Shown: positions 22,463-29,705 of the stretch, piece by piece
Position numbering within the stretch: the first letter of the stretch is position 1
Layout of the letters: every line of letters starts with the position of its first letter
Source of the DNA: Microcystaceae cyanobacterium
GTDB taxonomy: Bacteria; Cyanobacteriota; Cyanobacteriia; Cyanobacteriales; Microcystaceae
NCBI GenBank assembly: GCA_041746575.1
Contig: JBGTGT010000078.1
Location: forward strand, 1 to 29,705
Direction: 5' to 3'
DNA: 29,705 nt
The notes under the pieces: generated by a model
What the model saw: only the letters and a program-made list of their open reading frames with translations
Database searches by the model: none
What the model was told of the DNA's origin: nothing
Program-made: the position numbers and the translations under genes

Positions 22463-22492
22463 AGGGGGTGGGCAAATGCTCACCCTTTTTTT
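22463..22492 (+). terminator. groESL intrinsic terminator
   Basis: GGGTGGGCA-AA-TGCTCACCC hairpin followed by T7. Confidence 0.85.
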
Positions 22493-22624
22493 GAGGTGAG
22501 TTTTACGACTTGATGAGGTGCATGATTGATGGTAGGGGTGCAAGGTTTGCGCTCAAATATAATACTAACTTGCAATTTGCTATATCCGTAGGTTCGCTAC
22601 ATAACCGCTCAAAAAGATTACGTT

Positions 22625-23707
22625 TTATAAATCAGGAAAAACCTCTTTAACGGCGGGATGAATTAATTGATGCTCTTGTACGTTAACACCTTTCTGGAGA
22701 GCTTCATCATTTTTCAATGCTTTTAAGCCATACTGAGCGAGTTTCATGACATAGGGAAAGGTGCTATTATTCAGAGCCTGTGTCGCTGTCCAAGGCACTG
22801 CTCCCGGCATATTAGGAATCCCGACATGAACCACCCCTTCTTCAATATACGTCGGATGACTGTGGGAAGTCGGCCTTAACGTTGCAATACATCCCCCTTG
22901 ATCAACAGCTACATCAATCACCACCGAACCGGGGTGCATTTTTTGGATTAAAGAACGAGAAACTAAGATAGGCGCACGCTTTCCTAACACTAACACTGCC
23001 CCAATCAATAAATCAGCTTGAGGAACTATTTCTTCTATCTGTACGCTGTTACTGTACAATAACTCCACCCTTGAACCAAATAAACTTTCTAAATAATTCA
23101 AACGCTCTACATTAATATCGAAAATCTGCACTAGCGCACCCATTCCCACCGCGATCTTAGCGGCCTCTGTTCCGACGACTCCCCCACCTAAAATAACCAC
23201 TCTACCCGATTTAACCCCCGGAATCCCCCCTAAAAGTACACCTCGACCCCCTTGCTGTTTTTCGAGGTATCTTGCACCGAATTGTACCGCTAAGCGTCCT
23301 GCAATTACACTCATCGGCGCAAGCAGGGGTAATCGTTGATCAGGACATTCAACAGTTTCATAAGCGATCGCTGTGATGCCCGATTTTAATAATGCTTCTG
23401 TTAAGGCTTTATCTGCCGCTAAATGAAGATAGGTGAAGAGGATTTTGGCTTTTTCAAGATAGGGATATTCCGAAGGGAGGGGTTCTTTCACTTTCACCAC
23501 TAGATTCCGATGCCATGCGTCTAGGGGCGTTTTTACGATGGTTGCACCCGCATTTTCATAATCTTGATCACTAAACCCTGCACCAATACCTGCTTGAGTT
23601 TCGATAAAAACGCTATGGTGATGCTCATAAAGGACGCGTACGCTATTGGGGGTTAAACCCACCCGAAATTCCTGATCTTTAATCTCTTTGGGAACGCCGA
23701 TTTCCAT
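22625..23707 (-). CDS. ald: Alanine dehydrogenase
   Basis: IGVPKEIKDQEFRVGLTP, VKVKEP, FTYLHLAA, GGGVVG, DVAVDQGG, NMPGAVP. Confidence 0.97.
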   Translation of the reverse strand: MEIGVPKEIKDQEFRVGLTPNSVRVLYEHHHSVFIETQAGIGAGFSDQDYENAGATIVKTPLDAWHRNLVVKVKEPLPSEYPYLEKAKILFTYLHLAADKALTEALLKSGITAIAYETVECPDQRLPLLAPMSVIAGRLAVQFGARYLEKQQGGRGVLLGGIPGVKSGRVVILGGGVVGTEAAKIAVGMGALVQIFDINVERLNYLESLFGSRVELLYSNSVQIEEIVPQADLLIGAVLVLGKRAPILVSRSLIQKMHPGSVVIDVAVDQGGCIATLRPTSHSHPTYIEEGVVHVGIPNMPGAVPWTATQALNNSTFPYVMKLAQYGLKALKNDEALQKGVNVQEHQLIHPAVKEVFPDL

Positions 23708-23769
23708 TTTTGACCTTCAATCTTGAATTTATTTGCTTAAATGATAGAAGAGAATTTCGATAAAAGGCT

Positions 23770-24729
23770 ATGCAAACACGATCACTTGGTAACACAACCC
23801 TCCAAATCACCCCCATTCTGATGGGAACTTGGCAGGCAGGTAAAAAAATGTGGGTGGGAATTGAGGACAAAGAAACCATAAAAGCTTTAAAAGCGGGTTA
23901 CGAAGCAGGAATTACTACTATTGACACCGCCGCTGTCTACGGGGAGGGTCATTCTGAGCGAATCGTTGCTGAGGCCTTGTCAGTAGTACGAGATAAGGTC
24001 ATATATGCAACAAAGGTATTTGTCCACGATCTTAAATACGATAAACTGATCAGAGCCTGCGAAACGTCTTTACAAAACCTAAAAACAGACTACATTGATT
24101 TATACCAAATTCATTGGCCGGCGGGAACTTGGGGCAGTGAAAGGGTGCCGATTGAAGAAACAATGAGGGCATTAAATGATTTGAAAGAACAGGGTAAAAT
24201 TCGAGCGATTGGGGTTTCTAATTTTTCTCGTCAACAATTAGAAGAAGCGTGTCAATATGGTGAAATTGTCAGTCTTCAGCCACCTTATTCTTTATTTTGG
24301 CGAAAAGTCGAAAAAGAGGTTCTACCGTTTTGTATTGAGCGTAATATATCTATCTTAGCCTATTCTTCTCTGGCGCAAGGTATCTTAACAGGGAAATTTT
24401 CTCGAGATCATCAATTTGCTGAAGGGGATCATCGAGTAAAAAATCGCCTTTTTCAAGCAGAAAATTGGGATAGAGTTCAAATTGCGTTGGCTCAATTGCG
24501 TCCGATTGCCGAATCAAAGGGGTGCAGTTTAGCGCAGTTAGCGTTGGCGTGGTTAATCGCACAACCCCAAACGAATGCGATCGCTGGATTTCGTCATACG
24601 GATCAAGTGATGGATAATGTTAAAGCGGCAGATATTCAACTGAGTTCGGAAGAATTAACAAAAATTGACCAAATTGGACGAATTGTTACCGATCCTCTCG
24701 ATGATGATCCTGTCATGTGGAATTTTTAA
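23770..24729 (+). CDS. Aldo/keto reductase
   Basis: DTAAVYGEGHSE, DYIDLYQIHWP, GKIRAIGVSNF, YSSLAQGILTGK. Confidence 0.95.
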   Translation: MQTRSLGNTTLQITPILMGTWQAGKKMWVGIEDKETIKALKAGYEAGITTIDTAAVYGEGHSERIVAEALSVVRDKVIYATKVFVHDLKYDKLIRACETSLQNLKTDYIDLYQIHWPAGTWGSERVPIEETMRALNDLKEQGKIRAIGVSNFSRQQLEEACQYGEIVSLQPPYSLFWRKVEKEVLPFCIERNISILAYSSLAQGILTGKFSRDHQFAEGDHRVKNRLFQAENWDRVQIALAQLRPIAESKGCSLAQLALAWLIAQPQTNAIAGFRHTDQVMDNVKAADIQLSSEELTKIDQIGRIVTDPLDDDPVMWNF

Positions 24730-24798
24730 CAGGAAGGAGAGATTAAATATGAGGTTTGGGGGCGCAAATTTAAAACGCACTCTCTGTTCTATTTTGCT

Positions 24799-26469
24799 TC
24801 AAAATTGATACTGCACTTGGAAATACCATCCATTATCTTGCGCGTTATTGCCGCGATCGGGTAAATCAATAATCGGCACCCCATAATCCACTCTCAGGCT
24901 AAACTGATCCCAAGGTTGTAAAATTAAGCCTAATCCTGCTCCAATTAAGAAGGTTTCTGGGGGTAAATCGGTGGGGTTTTCTGACGCATTCCAGACATTA
25001 CCTAAGTCAATGAAAGGGGCAATTTGCACACGAGAAATGTTATCTTGATCTCGATACACCGTAATTCGATCTTCTATAGACAGGCGATACCCATTATCCC
25101 CCGATCGCGCATTTTGACGATATCCTCGTACCGATTGACCGCCTCCAATAATAAATAAATAATCGGAAACTAAAGGATCTGGAGTAAATTGTAATTCTCC
25201 TTGAACTAATAAGAGATTATTTCTGCCGAGTCGTTGTATTCGTTGAAATTGTCCTAACCAACTGACAAAATGACCATCGGGTAGGGGTTCTGGATTCGTG
25301 GTTGCCTTAAATAACCCCGTTCCCCAATTGAAGCGCGATCGCAAGAACCAGATTCCTCCTTGATCGCGTCGTTGATATTCTTGATCAAATTGTAAAACAC
25401 TGGTACGAGTTTCTCCAAAGAGCTCAGGACGCTCTAAAAATATATTCGAGTTGACACTATCTACATAGCGAAAACCCACGGATAATGCGAATTCTTCTTT
25501 TAAATTTCTAATAATTGGTTGTCTATATTGAAATTCGTAGACTGCTTTATCGCCATTAATATTAAACTGATCAAAAGGGGATTGAGTAATCCTTGTCCAA
25601 CTCGGTGTCGCCTGAAAAGCGACTGTTCCCTCCCTCGCATTGATAGGAAATTGCCAAGATCCGTCTAAAAAGTTTGATCCGCCTGTTGTTGAACGATAAA
25701 AGCTTAAAGACATCCGATCTCCCCATCCTGTGACGTTACCGTGACTCAAGTTCACCCAATTGCGTTCTCCTCCTAAAGAAGGAGGAGAATAATTATCCAT
25801 CCCTACTGCTCCTTGAAAGGGATCAGCTTCTTCAACAGTAGCGACTAAAACACTGTATCCGGCTTTCCCTGACGCTTTTAAGTCACCTTTAATGTTCTTA
25901 ATTAAGGGATTTTGCGCCATTAAGCGAAAGTTTTCTTCAAGTTGGTTAATATTAAGGGGAGTGGAAATGCCGAATGCTAAGCGATCGCAGAGATAGGGTA
26001 AGGTTAATCTTCCTTGATGGTTAATTTCGATTTTAGCAATTTGTCCTTCTTGAACCGTAATAACTAGGGATTTTTCGGGAGAAATTAAGGGTTCGGTTTG
26101 AGCAATGGCTTTAGAGGTTAAATATCCTTGATCGAGGTAGTAATAATTAATCGCTTGAACCAGATTGTCATATAAAGCGTTTATGTCAGAGAGTCTGAGC
26201 GTTTTTTTATTGTTTTCTGTAATAACTTCCTTGATCCTAGCATTTTTTAGGAGTTTATCTTTAGTTAAGATGGCTGAGCCTACCACCTGAATCTCGACGG
26301 GATGATCTTCGACGTTAATCCCACCTAAAACAAAAGAAGTCCCGACTAAGAGGGGGGACGTGTAGTTACAAGTCAGGCTATTATTAGTTTGTTGCGCTTT
26401 AGCTTGATTAAACCCTAAAAACAGCGTAATCATGCTCATTCCCGCAGAACACCACACTTGATATTTCAT
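24799..26469 (-). CDS. ShlB/FhaC/HecB (TpsB) outer-membrane transporter
   Basis: POTRA YLDQGYLTSKA, Omp85/TpsB motif GGGQSVRGY, C-terminal YFQVQYQF. Start placed at MKYQVW (26469), which gives a signal peptide. Confidence 0.88.
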   Translation of the reverse strand: MKYQVWCSAGMSMITLFLGFNQAKAQQTNNSLTCNYTSPLLVGTSFVLGGINVEDHPVEIQVVGSAILTKDKLLKNARIKEVITENNKKTLRLSDINALYDNLVQAINYYYLDQGYLTSKAIAQTEPLISPEKSLVITVQEGQIAKIEINHQGRLTLPYLCDRLAFGISTPLNINQLEENFRLMAQNPLIKNIKGDLKASGKAGYSVLVATVEEADPFQGAVGMDNYSPPSLGGERNWVNLSHGNVTGWGDRMSLSFYRSTTGGSNFLDGSWQFPINAREGTVAFQATPSWTRITQSPFDQFNINGDKAVYEFQYRQPIIRNLKEEFALSVGFRYVDSVNSNIFLERPELFGETRTSVLQFDQEYQRRDQGGIWFLRSRFNWGTGLFKATTNPEPLPDGHFVSWLGQFQRIQRLGRNNLLLVQGELQFTPDPLVSDYLFIIGGGQSVRGYRQNARSGDNGYRLSIEDRITVYRDQDNISRVQIAPFIDLGNVWNASENPTDLPPETFLIGAGLGLILQPWDQFSLRVDYGVPIIDLPDRGNNAQDNGWYFQVQYQF

Positions 26470-26621
26470 AAAGGTTATCTTATGTGTCTTTCGGTATAAT
26501 TTTAGAAGATGAATGCCAAATAAAGTTTTGTTGCCAAACGTAATGATTGATGCTATTTCTGTTCGGCATTGCTTTTGGGTGTATTTTTTAGAATCCCTCA
26601 ATTGGCTTTATTAAAGTAATA

Positions 26622-26780
26622 TTAATATAAGGAAGAACATCTATTTTCTTCCTCTATTCGAGCAATAATATCATCTAAGGCTAAGATTTCAGCATCCATA
26701 CGCTGACAAAGTGTTTTAACCTTAGCAGATGTTGCCTTAATTTTCTCCATATCGGGGACAAAAGGTTCTTGTGTCGTGAT
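26622..26780 (-). pseudogene. Small helical hypothetical protein, start codon possibly mutated
   Basis: Open frame (ATC)TTQEPFVPDMEKIKATSAKVKTLCQRMDAEILALDDIIARIEEENRCSSLY* begins 3 nt after the stop of the minus-strand hicB fragment. Internal ATG at 26750. Confidence 0.4.
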
Positions 26781-26783
26781 AGC

Positions 26784-26918
26784 TTAAAATTTCTCTTTTC
26801 TTGAAGGTAAAGGAATCTCTTTTTTACTATTATGATAAACGGTTTCTATACATAATTTTCTGGCTTCTTCAAGATTAGCAATCACTTACTTTAAAGTTTC
26901 CCCTTCTGTCAAACATAC
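26784..26918 (-). pseudogene. hicB: HicB-family antitoxin fragment (5'-truncated, internal stop)
   Basis: CLTEGETLK*VIANLEEARKLCIETVYHNSKKEIPLPSRKEKF* matches the HicB GCxTxGETxEE...EA...IPLP pattern. TAA at 26886-26888. Confidence 0.75.
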
Positions 26919-27053
26919 CATGCTTGGGGAGAAACCCCAGAAGAAGCACGTTTTGAATTAAATCATGTTTTTGATATGATTGCTAAAGAATATCTTGAAG
27001 AAAATAGAGATTTGCCTAATAATATTGAAGTAACGATTTGCCATGCCAGCTAA
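26919..27053 (+). pseudogene. hicB: HicB-family antitoxin fragment (5'-truncated)
   Basis: HAWGETPEEARFELNHVFDMIAKEYLEENRDLPNNIEVTICHAS*. No start codon; its end overlaps the hicA ATG at 27043. Confidence 0.75.
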
Positions 27054-27256
27054 AGCAAAAACGCTTGAAAAAGTGGCTAAAAAATTAGGGTTTGAGAAAG
27101 TACGACAAAAAGGGAGTCATGCACGCTGGCAACACCCTAATGGACGTTCTACCATTATTCCTATTCATGGTAACGCAGAAATTGGCGGTTGGTTATTTCA
27201 AGAAATTTTAGCTCAATTTAGGTATTACTGAACAAGAATTTAATAAATTGAAATAG
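27043..27256 (+). pseudogene. hicA: HicA-family mRNA interferase toxin, frameshifted near the C-terminus
   Basis: LGFEKVRQKGSHARWQHPNGRSTIIPIHG is a HicA signature. Removing one T at 27217-27219 restores ...ILAQLGITEQEFNKLK* (TAG 27254-27256). Confidence 0.85.
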
Positions 27257-27268
27257 AAATTCTGAATT

Positions 27269-27391
27269 TTAGCTGAGTTTTTGTCGGTTAGCAATCTCTA
27301 TTAATAATCTTAACGCCTTATTAACCGCTTCATCATTAGGAAACGCTTGAGCTACATTAGGTTCTAATAAGACTAAATTCGTTCCTTTTTT
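27269..27391 (-). pseudogene. C-terminal fragment of a BrnA-like antitoxin
   Basis: KGTNLVLLEPNVAQAFPNDEAVNKALRLLIEIANRQKLS* resembles the xLDPDVAxxFP...VNxALR antitoxins found with BrnT toxins. No start codon. Confidence 0.55.
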
Positions 27392-27563
27392 GTGGCTAAT
27401 CTTACACTAATTATTCTAATTCGTTTATCTCTAAAGGTTTTTTTGGAAAATGCGATCGCTTGACGTTTTTAGATTATCTTGTCAAGATAAATGCTATGCT
27501 TAAGATAAGTATAGTTTAAAATCGTGCTGTTATTCGTTGTATGTTCGCCAAAATGAGAATGTT

Positions 27564-27824
27564 ATGGTAAAAATCTACTATCATGACATATCCTCAAAAC
27601 GTTCCTTTGTTCCAAGAAGAAGCTTTATAGATGGTATGGCTTCTGTGTTGGATATTAGGGGAACATATCGTCGTAATTTGGATTATCGTTATCGGGTTCG
27701 TGTGGGAAAGAAAGTCGATTTAGACTCGGATACAGAAGCAATTCGTTCTGACTGGATATAGACTGGGTTAGATATTTACAATGCTACTTGCGAATATGGG
27801 AGTAAATTACCTGAAAATGTCTGA
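27564..27824 (+). pseudogene. Small hypothetical protein with in-frame TAG
   Basis: MVKIYY...SFIDGMASVLDIRG...SDTEAIRSDWI*(27759-27761)TGLDIYNATCEYGSKLPENV*. The read-through end overlaps the next ATG (27817). Confidence 0.5.
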
Positions 27825-27882
27825 TAAAAGTCAAAATACTGAAAATCAAGACCATGCTAATTTAGTTAATGATGATTAATTT

Positions 27883-29013
27883 ATGAGTAACAATACTATA
27901 GTTCCCGATTACGAGATAACTAATAAGCAAAAGGAAGATGCAGAAACTCAAATCCGTGAGGTTAGCAAAGTTGTTGATTATAATACTATCGAATATCCAA
28001 TAGAAGTAATTGTTCAAAAGTTCTTAGATGGACAAGAAACTGACGAAAATGAATTATTTATCCCTGATTATCAAAGGGAAATGGCTTGGGATGAACAACG
28101 ACAATCAAAACTTATTGAGTCTATTTTATTAGGATTACCTATTTCTTACATTTATGTAGCAGATGTATCGGGTGAATCATCAGAAGATGATATTTTAGAG
28201 ACACAAGATTTAGCACGTTGGGAATTGATAGATGGAAGTCAAAGAATCCGTACTTTGACAAAATTTCTCAATGATGAACTAAGATTACAAGGTTTAGAAA
28301 AATTATATAAACTAAAAGATTTTCGATTTTCTGACTTACCTCTTGCACGTCAAAGACGTTTTAAAATAACCTCAATTAGAATTGTTCAACTAACTCAAGA
28401 TGCTGATGAAGAAACTCGTAGAATCTTGTTTGAAAGAATTAATACAGGGAGTATTCAATTAAATGAGATGGAAAAGCGTAGGGGAATACATAGAGGGGCT
28501 TTTCTAGATGTGATTGACGAATTAGCCAAAGATCAAAATTTTCTCAATCTCTGTCATTTTTCTGACATAGAAGTCAATAAAAAAGATCCTCAAGAATATG
28601 TTTTACGCTTTTTTGCTTTTCTAAATGATTATAAAAATTTTAATGCTCAGAAATTAACTGAGTTTCTTGATAAATATCTCATGAAAACTAATGAACACAA
28701 TACTGAAACACTTAATAATATGAAGGAGGAGTTCCATAAAATGCTGGATTTTGTGGAGACTTACTTTCCTCATGGATTCTATCAGCAAACTAGAAAAAGC
28801 TGTAAACCTGTAACGAGAATTAAGTTTGAATCTCTTTCTGTCGGTATTGCTTTAGCTTTAAGACAAAATCCTGATTTACAACCTCAACCTGAATCATTAA
28901 AGTTGCTAGACTCTGAAGACTATAAACAATATACTAGAGGTGATGGAAGCAGTTCTAGAAATAAAGTTATTCGCCGTATTGAGTATGTTCGAAATCAGCT
29001 TTTAGGTGAATAG
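27883..29013 (+). CDS. DUF262 (GmrS-like, ParB/Srx fold) protein
   Basis: IPDYQREMAW, LIESILLGLP, IDGSQR and FERINTG are the DUF262 (QR / DGQQR / FxxxN) motifs. Intact 376 aa. Confidence 0.9.
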   Translation: MSNNTIVPDYEITNKQKEDAETQIREVSKVVDYNTIEYPIEVIVQKFLDGQETDENELFIPDYQREMAWDEQRQSKLIESILLGLPISYIYVADVSGESSEDDILETQDLARWELIDGSQRIRTLTKFLNDELRLQGLEKLYKLKDFRFSDLPLARQRRFKITSIRIVQLTQDADEETRRILFERINTGSIQLNEMEKRRGIHRGAFLDVIDELAKDQNFLNLCHFSDIEVNKKDPQEYVLRFFAFLNDYKNFNAQKLTEFLDKYLMKTNEHNTETLNNMKEEFHKMLDFVETYFPHGFYQQTRKSCKPVTRIKFESLSVGIALALRQNPDLQPQPESLKLLDSEDYKQYTRGDGSSSRNKVIRRIEYVRNQLLGE

Positions 29014-29015
29014 TC

Positions 29016-29573
29016 GTGCAGAGTGTATTAGATGATTTTAACGAACGTGCGAAGGAAGTTACTGATTATATGATTTTCATAAAGGATTTGGAACAACGAA
29101 CCATTAAATTAAGTAAAGATGGTGCATTTTATGGAATTGATACTGAACTAGAAAAGACACTTAAAGCAACAGCATATTTACTACTTTATAATCTTGTAGA
29201 ATCTACAATGAGAAATGCAGTTCAATTTATTTTCGATGAAATCAAGACGAATAATACTTCTTTTGATAGTCTGAGGACGGAAATCAAAAAAATTATCTGG
29301 CAAAACGTAAAAAAACGTAATTCTGATACATTAACAACCAAGATTTTACAACTAACAACAGATATTATTCATATTAGTTTTGATGCTGAGGATTTATTTT
29401 CAGGAAATGTGGATGCTAAACTTATTAGAGAAGAAGTGGCAGAAAAATATGGATTTTCACCAAATACAGATCACAGTCAAACGAGAGGTGGAATTGATCT
29501 ACTTTCCATTAAGAAAAATAGAAATGATTGAGCACATGGTAATGTATCATTTAGTGAGGTAGGAAAAGCTCTA
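29016..29573 (+). pseudogene. MAE_28990/MAE_18760-like HEPN nuclease, disrupted
   Basis: LKATAYLLLYNLVEST, FSGNVDAKLIRE, then RND*AHGNVSFSEVGK with TGA 29529-29531 inside RxxxxH. Starts 2 nt after the DUF262 stop. Confidence 0.8.
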
Positions 29574-29705
29574 CAGTTGTAGATAGAATAAAGGAGTAAA
29601 AGTAAGCCCAGGAAGGGATGAAACAAGAATCTCTGAATTTGTTTCTTAGTGGAGAGGAGCTAGAAGCTCTGTGCCTATGGAGTAATAGCCTTAAATCATT
29701 CCAGC
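29574..29705 (-). mobile_element. Probable end of an insertion sequence interrupting the HEPN gene
   Basis: HEPN-like sequence stops abruptly at CAGTTGTAGATAG. A minus-strand frame open from the window edge (WNDLRLLLHRHR...FILSTTV) reads through this point like a transposase tail. The other end is outside the window. Confidence 0.4.

Noticed and set aside
29529..29531. Programmed recoding (selenocysteine or read-through) of the HEPN TGA
   Set aside because: The position corresponds to a hydrophobic residue rather than Cys, no SECIS-like hairpin is evident, the gene is also truncated downstream, and neighbouring genes carry assorted lesions; ordinary decay is simpler.
29380..29562. 60-aa ORF as a frameshifted continuation of the HEPN gene
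   Set aside because: The HEPN motif continues in the original frame after the TGA (AHG...), so no frameshift is needed.

Overview
Cyanobacterial chromosome segment, probably from a unicellular Chroococcales-type organism (at least 16 HIP1 GCGATCGC octamers; psbO, crtP-crtB, K-box/CIRCE groESL). A housekeeping core (~630-26500) contains a DUF1176-like lipoprotein, an LRR protein, tamB, pepA, tRNA-Leu(GAG), psbO, sigF, crtP/pds, crtB, lepA, a vWA/PEP-CTERM protein, rnd, a CAP protein, a dienelactone hydrolase, groES-groEL, ald, an aldo/keto reductase and a ShlB/FhaC transporter. Both ends are decayed accessory regions. The left end (1-630) holds the 3' end of an IS630 element, a frameshifted porin remnant and a nested ~150-bp inverted-repeat mini-IS. 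The right end (26600-29705) is a toxin-antitoxin/defence graveyard: two 5'-truncated hicB halves fused back to back, a frameshifted hicA, a BrnA-like fragment and a small ORF with an internal TAG. It also carries an intact DUF262 (ParB/Srx-fold, GmrS-like) gene coupled to a MAE_28990-like HEPN gene that has a TGA inside its RxxxxH motif and a probable IS insertion just downstream. The DUF262-HEPN pair is the best candidate for an under-characterised defence system. All family calls come from motif recognition by eye; no database searches were run.
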